Positions 9,207-17,638 of a stretch of 64,000 bases of DNA are shown in pieces (position 1 is the stretch's first letter; every line of letters begins with the position of its first letter). A program made the translations under genes and the position numbers. The notes below the pieces were generated by a model, which was not told the origin of the DNA, made no database searches, and worked only from the letters and a program-made list of their open reading frames with translations. This DNA comes from Minisyncoccia bacterium (GTDB taxonomy: Bacteria > Patescibacteriota > Minisyncoccia > Phycocordibacterales > UBA918). Location of the stretch: the NCBI GenBank assembly GCA_041736805.1, contig JBGSSW010000016.1:2526-66525 (forward strand), in the 5' to 3' direction.

Positions 9207-10589
9207 ATGGCAGAAACACGTTCCACTAATCGTTCCTTACGGACACCTCCGCACAATATTGACGCTGAAAAAGCATTGCTGGGTGCGATTATTTTGAAAC
9301 CAGATGTTATGCATGATGTATCAGTGACGGTTTATCCTGAAAGCTTTTACGCCGATAAACACCGTGCAATTTACGATGCTGTTCTATCAATTTTTTCTAA
9401 AGGTGACCCTATAGATGTTGTTTCTTTAGTTTCAAAACTGAAGTCTAATAATACTCTCGATAGAGTAGGTGGTGCTAGCTATATAACTGAACTCATCGAG
9501 ACAGTACCCGCTGCCGGTAATGCCCACTACTACGCTGAACTTGTACAAGGAAAAGCCGCTCTCCGTAATCTTATCTATGCCGCTGATGATATTGCTGAAA
9601 TTGGCTACTCAGACCCAGAGAGTGTTGATGAAGCACTAGACCAAGCCGAGAAAAAAATCTTTCATGCCACCCAATCACCCACGGCGCAAAAATTTAAAAC
9701 TATCGGCACTTCCCTAACGGAAGCCTGGGAACGTTTTGAATACCTCAGTGCCAACCAAAATGAAAGACGTGGTGTGCCTTCCGGTTTTACTGCCCTAGAC
9801 AATGTTTTGGCTGGATTTCAAAAATCAGATTTGATTATCTTGGCGGCTCGCCCATCAATGGGAAAGACGACCTTTGCCTTGGACATTGCGCGTAACGCCG
9901 CCCTAAAATTTGGCGCCTCGGTTGGTATCTTTTCTCTAGAAATGAGTGACCAACAACTGGTGGACAGAATGCTAGCAGCTGAAGCTGGAGTTGACTCTTG
10001 GAAACTGCGAACGGGAAAACTTTCTAACGATCAAGAGTTTGAGGCTGTCCAACAAGCCATGGCTAAACTTTCTGACGCCCAAATACACATTGATGACCAA
10101 GCTGGCAACAACATTCTTAAGATGCGTTCGGCGGCGAGACGACTAAAAAACGAGCATGGTCTGGATTTGTTAATTGTAGACTACCTCCAGCTAATGTCCC
10201 CTACTGCTACCAAGGCTAGTGACTCCATGGTGCAACAAGTAACTGAAATTTCTCGCTCACTCAAAATCCTGGCTCGCGACCTAGAAGTACCAGTTCTTGC
10301 TCTTTCACAGCTCTCTCGAGCCGTAGAACAACGCGGTGGCAAGCCTCGCCTATCTGACTTGCGCGACTCTGGTTCTATCGAGCAGGATGCCGACGTGGTG
10401 ATGTTCATACACCGTGAGGACAAAATCAATAAAGAATCAGATCGGCCAAACATTGCTGAAATACTGGTAGAAAAGCACCGTAATGGTCCAGTTGGTTCAT
10501 GTGAATTATTCTTTGACGGTAAACACGTCCGTTTCCTCAATCTTGATACCAAGCATCACAGCGAAGCTGCTGCTCATGACGATTTCTAG
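9207..10589 (+). CDS. dnaB: replicative DNA helicase DnaB
   Basis: An N-terminal DnaB domain (IDAEKALLGAIIL) is present. The RecA-like core carries GFTALD...LIILAARPSMGKTTFALDIA (Walker A) and VDYLQLM. No intein is present. Confidence 0.9.
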   Translation: MAETRSTNRSLRTPPHNIDAEKALLGAIILKPDVMHDVSVTVYPESFYADKHRAIYDAVLSIFSKGDPIDVVSLVSKLKSNNTLDRVGGASYITELIETVPAAGNAHYYAELVQGKAALRNLIYAADDIAEIGYSDPESVDEALDQAEKKIFHATQSPTAQKFKTIGTSLTEAWERFEYLSANQNERRGVPSGFTALDNVLAGFQKSDLIILAARPSMGKTTFALDIARNAALKFGASVGIFSLEMSDQQLVDRMLAAEAGVDSWKLRTGKLSNDQEFEAVQQAMAKLSDAQIHIDDQAGNNILKMRSAARRLKNEHGLDLLIVDYLQLMSPTATKASDSMVQQVTEISRSLKILARDLEVPVLALSQLSRAVEQRGGKPRLSDLRDSGSIEQDADVVMFIHREDKINKESDRPNIAEILVEKHRNGPVGSCELFFDGKHVRFLNLDTKHHSEAAAHDDF

Positions 10590-10630
10590 AGTGTTTCAAA
10601 TGTAATAATAAAAACTATTTTAAAAGAAAT

Positions 10631-11266
10631 ATGACTCCCCTCGATAAACTAATCGCCTATTTTGAAAAATTCCCTGGTATTGGCGGTCGCCAAGCCAAGC
10701 GTTTTGCTTTTCATATTTTAACTCTCAAGGATGAGCAAATAAGAGAACTAGCTTCTCTTATTACTTCCCTACCTAAATCAGTAACTGAGTGTACTCTATG
10801 TCACAGGTTTTTTTCATTTCAAAGTAACTCAGTCAATAACAACCGATGTTCCATTTGTAATGACGATTCTAGAGATAGTAGCAAGCTGATTGTCGTGGCC
10901 AGAGACACCGATATTCAAGCCATTGAAAGAAGTGGTGTCTATGATGGGTTATATTTTGTCCTAGGTGGGACAGCGCCCTTGCTAAATCAATCTGAAATAA
11001 ATTCCAGACTAAGGACTCCAGCTTTTAGAGCCTTAATAAGTAGCGGACTTGAAAGTAAACTCACAGAAGTTATTTTTGCTTTCTCTGTCAACCCAGACGG
11101 AGAAAATACTAGTCGCTATATTGAAAATGTTTTGAAAGAAATCCCAGGTTCGAATAAGCTTAAAATTTCTGAGATGGGGCGGGGTCTTTCGACTGGCAGT
11201 GAGCTAGAATACGCTGATTCAGAAACTATCAAAAATGCTCTCTCCAACCGAAGAGAACACAATTAA
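10631..11266 (+). CDS. recR: recombination protein RecR
   Basis: An HhH region (FPGIGGRQAKRFAFHIL) is followed by a C4 zinc finger (CTLCHRF...CSICN). A Toprim domain completes the protein. Confidence 0.9.
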   Translation: MTPLDKLIAYFEKFPGIGGRQAKRFAFHILTLKDEQIRELASLITSLPKSVTECTLCHRFFSFQSNSVNNNRCSICNDDSRDSSKLIVVARDTDIQAIERSGVYDGLYFVLGGTAPLLNQSEINSRLRTPAFRALISSGLESKLTEVIFAFSVNPDGENTSRYIENVLKEIPGSNKLKISEMGRGLSTGSELEYADSETIKNALSNRREHN

Positions 11267-11267
11267 A

Positions 11268-11293
11268 AAATCCGCCAACTGGCGGATTTTTTA
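11268..11293. terminator. bidirectional terminator between recR and rplU
   Basis: aaaaaATCCGCCaactGGCGGATttttt. A 7-bp GC stem is flanked by A and T runs. Confidence 0.55.
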
Positions 11294-11294
11294 A

Positions 11295-11627
11295 TTAGAT
11301 TGAGTCAATCTTTACTTCGGCGTAGTGTTGGCGGTGACCAAGACGTCGATCGCGGTTACTCTTGGCCTTGTAGCGAACGATAGTAAGCTTTGGACCATTC
11401 TTTTCACCTAGGTAAGTTGCCTTTACTTTAGTTCCAGTAGTTGGAGTGCCGACTTTTGCAGCTGAACCATCATCAGTCATCAGTACAGTATCAAATTCGA
11501 TTGCATCACCTTCCTTGTGCTCACCCATCAGCTCAACTAGAATAGTTTCGCCGACGGTAACGATGTATTGCTTGCCGCCGGTTGCAATAACTGCAAAAGC
11601 GTCCTTATTAGCTGTTTTTGTTGCCAT
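11295..11627 (-). CDS. rplU: 50S ribosomal protein L21
   Basis: MATKT...FAVIATGGKQYIVTVGETI... matches the L21 consensus (AVI.TGGKQY.V). The start was set at the internal Met (11627). rplU is not adjacent to rpmA in this genome. Confidence 0.85.
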   Translation of the reverse strand: MATKTANKDAFAVIATGGKQYIVTVGETILVELMGEHKEGDAIEFDTVLMTDDGSAAKVGTPTTGTKVKATYLGEKNGPKLTIVRYKAKSNRDRRLGHRQHYAEVKIDSI

Positions 11628-11637
11628 AGTGCGGGCT

Positions 11638-11666
11638 ATAGTACTAGAAAACCTTAAAAATTGCAA
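11638..11666 (-). promoter_or_regulatory. putative rplU promoter: TTGCAA, 17-nt spacer, TACTAT, with the -10 element 10 nt upstream of the ATG
   Basis: Minus-strand reading ttgcaaTTTTTAAGGTTTTCTAGtactatAGCCCGCACT-ATG. No SD is present. This implies a leaderless or near-leaderless transcript. Confidence 0.35.
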
Positions 11667-11701
11667 TGGTATGTCCAACAAGAAATTTTATTTCTAAGTA
11701 A

Positions 11702-11730
11702 TTGACAAGCTCTCTAAATCATGTTATGAT
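11702..11730 (+). promoter_or_regulatory. near-consensus sigma-70 promoter (TTGACA, 17-nt spacer, TATGAT), divergent from rplU
   Basis: TTGACAagctctctaaatcatgtTATGAT, a 6/6 -35 and a 5/6 -10 with a 17-nt spacer. It faces a GC-rich small unit on the + strand. Confidence 0.5.
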
Positions 11731-11736
11731 ATATAG

Positions 11737-11977
11737 CGTTCCGTTCCTCAACCACTCATTACCCAAGGAGAGCAAAATGCACAAAAGTGCGGTCCGTTCC
11801 ATCAAGAAGACCAGTCCCTCGGCCAGCAACCGCGCTGCCCGCGGCCGAGATGCCGAAGCGTGGCATCTCGGCCACGGCCGGCTCCAAGGGTGCTCGCCGT
11901 CGCAAGAAGGGTGGGTAGCATTTGCTACTTGCCAAACAAAAGGCCTCGTAGTCTCAAACGACTGGGGCCTTTTCTAA
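11737..11977 (+). other. GC-rich small transcription unit: either a structured sRNA or a 66-codon ORF (AGGAGA SD followed by ATG at 11777), ending in an intrinsic terminator at about 11938-11975
   Basis: Local GC is far above the surrounding genome. Hairpins include the perfect 10-bp gccgagatgc/gcatctcggc and gtagca/tgctac. The terminator stem ggcc...ggcc is followed by tttt. Codon usage (CGC, GCC, GGC) is atypical for this genome. No protein family or ncRNA class could be recognised. Confidence 0.3.
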
Positions 11978-12014
11978 TCTTCGACTTTTATCACCATTTA
12001 TAAGTAAAATTTAA

Positions 12015-13226
12015 CTAGTCTAATGCGAAATTTCTTGAAAGACGCTCAAGTGTTTCTTCTGACTGGGCTTTTGCCTTATCGTACAGAGGGATTAAGGTTT
12101 CAAGTAATATCTCTACAAATACTGGTGTCTTTGGGTCATTCTGAATACTTGCCAATGATTTAAAAAATGTTTCTCGTGTAATTTCTACAGTTCTCCTATA
12201 TTTATTATCTTTCTCTTCTGGGACATTTCCAGAGATAAGGGTATCAATATTTTTTTGCGCGTTACAAATTTGTAATTCAATAAAAGCTAACTTTTCAGCT
12301 GACGAATCAAATAATCTTTTGTCACCTAATAGAACCAAATTCTCAGCCATGCCGGCTCCCTGAGAAAATAAAACTAAATGAGCGAACAGATCTTCGCTTT
12401 TCAATTTATCTTTATTAGTATCGATAAAATTATTTAATAATGAAACCGCTTGATCTGTATCTGCTTGTTCAGAAAAATAGGGCTGGTCATCTGCTCTCAA
12501 ACCTCTAAATAAGGGAGTTTTGTCTTTCAAATAAATAGTATCTGCTAATTTTGCTAGTGACTTTGGATTTATTAAAAATTCATCATATCTCGACTTCCAA
12601 TCATCTTCTATTACGCGGGCAGAAAACATAGTGGCAAAGGCCTCTTCTAGGAGTGCCTGCTCCCCAGTATTGTGATTAATTTTATCTCTCATGAAAGTAG
12701 GGAGTGGGGAGTTCTCATTATCAAGTCCAAGCTTTATTGCCAAAATTATATGAACAAGATCATGATCCGTGACAGTTTCCATATCACCAGATAGGGTTTT
12801 TGTAGGATCGTATGTGATGCTTTTTAAATACTCTTGTTTAGTTAATGCTGAATTATTTGCAATATTTTTTGCTGTAACAACACTCATAACTCTTTTGAAT
12901 ACATAATCTAAAGTAGTCAAAACTACCTCTTCTTCTGCTGAGGAAAGTTCTCTACCAAAAGAGCTACGCGCTTTTTCGTAAATTAAATTTACCACAAGCA
13001 TTGTATTTAACTGAATTACAGCAGTTGAAAAATCATCCCGAAGGAAGTCGGTGGGCATTTGTTCAAAATCACCAACCTCTTTTTCCTTTCTACCCTGCTC
13101 ATATTCACTCACCTCAACGATATCTATTAAGTCATTTATTCTTTTCATTCTATCGACTTGAAATGAGTTAGCCTCTGCTGCATCCTCGTTGACTGAATTA
13201 ATGTTATTTTTTAAACTTTCTGACAT
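12015..13226 (-). CDS. hypothetical protein (403 aa, acidic, predicted helical), co-directional with and immediately downstream of rmuC
   Basis: Long ORF with no recognisable motif. A possible degenerate HD-like stretch DHDLVHIILAIKLGLD was noted but cannot be supported. Confidence 0.45.
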   Translation of the reverse strand: MSESLKNNINSVNEDAAEANSFQVDRMKRINDLIDIVEVSEYEQGRKEKEVGDFEQMPTDFLRDDFSTAVIQLNTMLVVNLIYEKARSSFGRELSSAEEEVVLTTLDYVFKRVMSVVTAKNIANNSALTKQEYLKSITYDPTKTLSGDMETVTDHDLVHIILAIKLGLDNENSPLPTFMRDKINHNTGEQALLEEAFATMFSARVIEDDWKSRYDEFLINPKSLAKLADTIYLKDKTPLFRGLRADDQPYFSEQADTDQAVSLLNNFIDTNKDKLKSEDLFAHLVLFSQGAGMAENLVLLGDKRLFDSSAEKLAFIELQICNAQKNIDTLISGNVPEEKDNKYRRTVEITRETFFKSLASIQNDPKTPVFVEILLETLIPLYDKAKAQSEETLERLSRNFALD

Positions 13227-13238
13227 ATTCTGTAGTTT

Positions 13239-14321
13239 TTAATCCTCCAGCTTTCCTTGCGGTTTATCAAGTGTAAGCGTGTCAATATCGATTGACTCGC
13301 CAGTAATACGCATGACATCCTTATCTATTTTTCCCAATTCTTTGTAGCCGGCATTGTAATGATTTACAGATGTCTCTAGGGTCTTACCTAGCTTGTGGTA
13401 ATAATCCTCGTATTTGCTAATATGCGTAGAAAGTCTCTCCACATTTTTGATAATATCCTGAGCTTTTTCCTCAATCTCCATCGCTTTAAGACCTTGCATA
13501 ACCGTTTGCAAATATGCCAAGAAAGAAGTTGGTGAGACGATAATTACCTTGTGAGTACCAGCCGCTCGTTGAATAAGATTTTCTTCACTGGCACCAACTT
13601 TATTTGAGAGCAGATCATAATAAATACCTTCGTGCGGAATAAACATAAAAGCAAAGTCGGTGGTTTTTTCGTTTGGTCTAATGTATTTAGCCGTTTCTGT
13701 GATGCGCAATTTAAGATCATTTACAAAAGCTTTTTCCAAAGCTATTTTTTCTGCCCCTTCTCTAGCTTCAACAAAACGATTGTAGTTTTCTAACGAAAAT
13801 TTTGAATCAATTGGAATTATTTTACCCTTCACAAAAACTGCCGCGTCAACAATATCTCCATCGCTAAAAGCATATTGCATTTTAAAACTCTCTGGAGGTA
13901 GAACGTTTTGTAGTACGGTTTCTAGATAGTATTCACCAAGAATACCTCGTTGCTTGGGATTTTTGAGAATATCTTGCAGTTCCTTCAGTTGATCAGCTAC
14001 CTGGAAAACCTGTTTACTACTCTCCCCCACCTCGCTAACGCTTTTAACTACACTACGAAGTTGTTCATTTACTTCTTTATTGATTTCCTGCATCAGCTCC
14101 TTACTTTCTCGAAATTGCAGACGGCTACCCTCTTGGGCAAGACGATTACTTTCACTCATTTGTTCCCGCATAGCTCGAGACAAATCTTGTAGCTGTTGCT
14201 GCATCAGCAGCATACTTTTATCATCTTCTTTCTTTTCTACCTCGCGAAAGAAAAATACGTAAAGTAATAAGCCAAAAATAGCCAACAGAAGCAGCACCAA
14301 AATAAAAGATATCGGTTCCAT
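13239..14321 (-). CDS. rmuC: DNA recombination protein RmuC
   Basis: An N-terminal TM segment is followed by a long coiled-coil. The GILGEYYLETVLQNVLP segment matches the RmuC signature (G.WGE..LE.vLe). Confidence 0.7.
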   Translation of the reverse strand: MEPISFILVLLLLAIFGLLLYVFFFREVEKKEDDKSMLLMQQQLQDLSRAMREQMSESNRLAQEGSRLQFRESKELMQEINKEVNEQLRSVVKSVSEVGESSKQVFQVADQLKELQDILKNPKQRGILGEYYLETVLQNVLPPESFKMQYAFSDGDIVDAAVFVKGKIIPIDSKFSLENYNRFVEAREGAEKIALEKAFVNDLKLRITETAKYIRPNEKTTDFAFMFIPHEGIYYDLLSNKVGASEENLIQRAAGTHKVIIVSPTSFLAYLQTVMQGLKAMEIEEKAQDIIKNVERLSTHISKYEDYYHKLGKTLETSVNHYNAGYKELGKIDKDVMRITGESIDIDTLTLDKPQGKLED

Positions 14322-14398
14322 GACTACAAGTGTATCACACCAAAAAATAGAAAAATGGCTGCTAAAATGCTATTATTTCTGCATTAACTATTGATATT

Positions 14399-14851
14399 AT
14401 GTCTATACACACCGAACTTCGCACCACCTTAAAAGAAGCCATGAAAGCCAAGGATGAAGTAGGATTGAGAACCGTTCGCAGTATTATTACCGCCTGTACC
14501 AATGAACTGGTCGCCACCTCAAGAACACCGCAAGCAGAACTGAAAGATGAAGAAGTCCTTGCGGTTATTAAACGCTTGGCTAAGCAACGTAAAGAGTCGA
14601 TTACTCAATATGAAGCAGCCAATCGCCCAGAGCTCGCTCTACCAGAAAAAGAGGAATTAGCAGTACTAGAGGCTTATTTGCCTTCAATGATGTCACAGGA
14701 AGCCATCAGGCCCGTTGCAGAGGCAGTTAAGGCCGAGTTGGGAATAACCGACAAATCAAAGATGGGAATATTAGTCGGTTCAGTGATGAAAAAACTCCAA
14801 GGCCAAGCAGATGGTGGTGATGTAAAAGCAGTAGTGGAAAGTCTATTCTAA
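14399..14851 (+). CDS. GatB/YqeY domain protein
   Basis: 150 aa. The pattern LKEAMKAKDEV...LRTVRS...AELGITDKSKMGILVGSVMKK is typical of the YqeY family. Confidence 0.7.
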   Translation: MSIHTELRTTLKEAMKAKDEVGLRTVRSIITACTNELVATSRTPQAELKDEEVLAVIKRLAKQRKESITQYEAANRPELALPEKEELAVLEAYLPSMMSQEAIRPVAEAVKAELGITDKSKMGILVGSVMKKLQGQADGGDVKAVVESLF

Positions 14852-14857
14852 TTTGTT

Positions 14858-15163
14858 ATGCCCAATAATGAAAAACCTAGAAGGGTTTTAGAAAAACAAA
14901 TTGCTGGAGATAGCGAGGCTTTGAGCGCTATGGGTAGGGCCGGTGGCCGTGAAGCAGCCAAAAGACGGGAACTAAGAAAAAAGATGGCCGAAATGGAAGC
15001 CGAAGCAGATGAAATTGAGCAGTATCTTCAAGCACTCAAAGAGAACAGGCACTTGGCGCCATTAACTGATGATGAAAACATTGTCTTACCAGCTACTCCT
15101 GAAGAAATCGAAGACCTAAGAGAACGTTACGAAAAATTAACCGGTCGTCATCCTAGCTACTAA
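14858..15163 (+). CDS. hypothetical small charged coiled-coil protein (101 aa)
   Basis: Its start lies 6 nt after the stop of the YqeY-like gene, suggesting translational coupling. No recognisable family. Confidence 0.4.
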   Translation: MPNNEKPRRVLEKQIAGDSEALSAMGRAGGREAAKRRELRKKMAEMEAEADEIEQYLQALKENRHLAPLTDDENIVLPATPEEIEDLRERYEKLTGRHPSY

Positions 15164-15191
15164 AATCTATTTAATTAAAATAGTTTTATAT

Positions 15192-15872
15192 TTAAAATTC
15201 CTCAAGTCGTTTGGCTTCCGTAATTGAATAAGGGCCAACTTTAGTTCGTCGCAGATTAGCCAGCGTTGCTGGATAACCAAGACGACGACCCAGTTCTTCG
15301 CCAAGAGAACGAACATATGTACCGCTACTTACTTTAAATCTAACTTTTAATAATAGGCGATTTTTTAATTCTTTATCCGCAACTTCTTTTAATTCAACTT
15401 CATAAATTATCATCCGTCGCTTTGGCACTTCTGCTACCACCTCGCCTTTAATAGCCGCTGCTCTAGCCCTTTTATACATTGGGACACCGTCCTTTTTAAT
15501 CGCGCTATAAGCTGAGACCGGCAGCTCAATTTCTCCTAGCATCGAATTAAGTGCGTCCTTAATTAAGTCTGGCGTTAAATCATTTTGATAAGATTTCTCC
15601 TCTAACACCATCCCCTCCATATCACCTGTTAAGCGCTTTTCACCTAGGATGATTTCAGTAATATATTCCTTGTCTAAACCAACTAGCTCGGTCAGGAGTT
15701 TAGTCCCAGACTCCACTCCTATCAACATTAAACCAGTGGCAAGTGGGTCGAGTGTACCCGCGTGACCGAACTTCCTTATTCCGGTACGTCTTCTTAGTTC
15801 GCGTATAACAGTGAAGGAACTAATTCCTTTTGGTTTATCAATCAAAATAAGCTTCGGTATAATTTCAGCCAT
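15192..15872 (-). CDS. truB: tRNA pseudouridine(55) synthase TruB
   Basis: LIDKPKGISSFTVIRELRR...GHAGTLDPLATGLMLIG, with the catalytic Asp in the GTLDP motif. The 226-aa form lacks a PUA domain. Confidence 0.85.
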   Translation of the reverse strand: MAEIIPKLILIDKPKGISSFTVIRELRRRTGIRKFGHAGTLDPLATGLMLIGVESGTKLLTELVGLDKEYITEIILGEKRLTGDMEGMVLEEKSYQNDLTPDLIKDALNSMLGEIELPVSAYSAIKKDGVPMYKRARAAAIKGEVVAEVPKRRMIIYEVELKEVADKELKNRLLLKVRFKVSSGTYVRSLGEELGRRLGYPATLANLRRTKVGPYSITEAKRLEEF

Positions 15873-15889
15873 AAGTTAATCTCCGTCAA

Positions 15890-17119
15890 TTAGATGACAA
15901 GTATACTTGGGTTGATTATAAGTAATCCGCCTAGTAGTAGCATTAGTAACCCGCCGACCAGTAGTGACATCTGGGCGTACTTGCCGCCATGAGACTGGAG
16001 TTTTGAATAACCCCAGATGGCTAGACCGAAAACAATAAAATCATCCACCATATACCCAGCCGTGTAGACCAAAATGAACCACTGCCTTTCCAAAAAGACC
16101 AAATTGTTTAATTCAAGAATTTTGGTATAGGCCTGAGGAATACCAATCGAGCAAGCAAATTCAATAATATTAACTGAAAAAGCGATAACTAGAATTGCTG
16201 CGATTGAAGCTAAGGTGACTGGGGCTTCGATGATTTGTTTGAACTTATTAATAGTTTTGGACTGAGTATCAAGATCGGTGATGTCACAAACGAGTTGTGC
16301 ATCTTTATTTTTATTCCAACGCCAGAGGAAGAAAGTTCCCCCACCAACCGCCAAGAAGCCGACTAGAGGCGTGACAATCTGATCCAGAGCGACAAAGTCC
16401 CAAGTCTTGTACCAGACGTTGAGAATGAGGTTGTACATTACGGCTTCTGCTATTACGAAAATACCAGCTAGCAAAACCATCTTTTTTTTACTGCCAGCCT
16501 GAGAAAGAAGTACCAAGAAAGTAATCAGTACCCACATGGCACAAGGATTAAAACCGTCAATTATGCCTAGTACTAAAGATAATGAAAATAGTGAGAAGGT
16601 TCGAAGATCAACTACGCCAAGCATTGGTAAATCAAAGATAAATTCACTTGTTCCAGCATCACACTTTATATCACTACAGCCACTACCAATTTCCACAGCT
16701 TGAACAGGAGCATCAGTAATATGTTGCTCGATGGTCATTGATGGCTTTGTGGCGGCTTCAGCTATAGCAGCTTTGATTTGTTCTCCAGTAGTTTTAGCTC
16801 CATTGAAGCCAACTAAAACTTTTTCTCCTACAACCGTAACTGGCGTGACTTTGGTAATGTCGTGTTTATCAGTAACTTCATCGTATAATTTTTTTGCCTT
16901 TTCGTCTGTAACAATATTCAGGTAGGTAAAATTAATTTTTTCATCTTCTAAATATGCAAAAAGTTTCTTACAAAAACCACACTCGTCTCTTCCAAACACA
17001 TAGACAAGGACTTCTTGTTTTTCATCGCCAGGAATATAGGCTGATGAAATACTTGGTAACACGGCATTAGAAAAAAGCACCAAACCCAACGCTATCCAAC
17101 CTAGCCAAAATTTTCCCAT
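15890..17119 (-). CDS. thioredoxin/glutaredoxin-fold domain fused to a polytopic membrane domain (DsbD/CcdA-like thiol-disulfide transporter candidate)
   Basis: A signal/TM segment precedes a CGFC thioredoxin-like motif (VFGRDECGFCKK). The membrane domain carries GFNPCAMWVL and a second pair, ACSIG. The start was set at MGKFW (17119), downstream of the YgjP-like gene's stop. Confidence 0.5.
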   Translation of the reverse strand: MGKFWLGWIALGLVLFSNAVLPSISSAYIPGDEKQEVLVYVFGRDECGFCKKLFAYLEDEKINFTYLNIVTDEKAKKLYDEVTDKHDITKVTPVTVVGEKVLVGFNGAKTTGEQIKAAIAEAATKPSMTIEQHITDAPVQAVEIGSGCSDIKCDAGTSEFIFDLPMLGVVDLRTFSLFSLSLVLGIIDGFNPCAMWVLITFLVLLSQAGSKKKMVLLAGIFVIAEAVMYNLILNVWYKTWDFVALDQIVTPLVGFLAVGGGTFFLWRWNKNKDAQLVCDITDLDTQSKTINKFKQIIEAPVTLASIAAILVIAFSVNIIEFACSIGIPQAYTKILELNNLVFLERQWFILVYTAGYMVDDFIVFGLAIWGYSKLQSHGGKYAQMSLLVGGLLMLLLGGLLIINPSILVI

Positions 17120-17123
17120 AAAT

Positions 17124-17618
17124 TTACACAACTGATAAAGAATTAAGTTTTGATGATAGCTTTATTTCTCGGCCAATGCAATTTGGACAAATATGTTTTT
17201 GGCTAAATTTTCTAATTGAATAAGGTCTCATTTTAGTAGCCGTTTCAAGTTGCCTCAAAGAAACTACTATTTCCCCATAATTTGGTATCTGTTCCTCGAC
17301 TAAGCGCCAAAAAACTGGTCCGTGATTTAATTCTTTTAGATGGCATAATTCATGGACAATGATGTAGTCACGTATGCAGGCTGGCAAAAACAGCAACTTA
17401 TAATTAAAGTTTAAATTTCCGAGTGCTGAACAACTACCCCAACGACTTTTTTGGTTTCTAATAGCAACACGCTTTAAATTAAGACCGCAGACATCAGCCC
17501 AGTAAATTAACCTCTCCTGTATTAGTTCTTTGGCTTCTGCTTTATGTTTGCTATAGACAGAATCCCTTCCAGGTTTTAGGTGAACCTTAATTATCCTTCT
17601 ATAGAGACGGCCGAGCAT
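17124..17618 (-). CDS. YgjP-like (DUF45/M48-family) zinc metallohydrolase
   Basis: The HELCHLKELNHGPVFW signature (HExxH...NH) places it in the DUF45/YgjP family. Confidence 0.7.
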   Translation of the reverse strand: MLGRLYRRIIKVHLKPGRDSVYSKHKAEAKELIQERLIYWADVCGLNLKRVAIRNQKSRWGSCSALGNLNFNYKLLFLPACIRDYIIVHELCHLKELNHGPVFWRLVEEQIPNYGEIVVSLRQLETATKMRPYSIRKFSQKHICPNCIGREIKLSSKLNSLSVV

Positions 17619-17638
17619 TACAGGGAGTAAATAACTGT

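Noticed and set aside
11737-11977. Assignment of the GC-rich unit as tmRNA, SRP RNA, RNase P RNA or 6S RNA
   Set aside because: There is no tRNA-like 3' end or tag-peptide reading frame, which rules out tmRNA. There is no GGAAGCAGC / GNRA helix-8 motif, which rules out SRP RNA. There is no GGAAAGUCCGG or ACAGNRA P4 motif and the unit is too short for RNase P RNA. 6S RNA has no primary-sequence signature that can be checked by eye. It is left unassigned.
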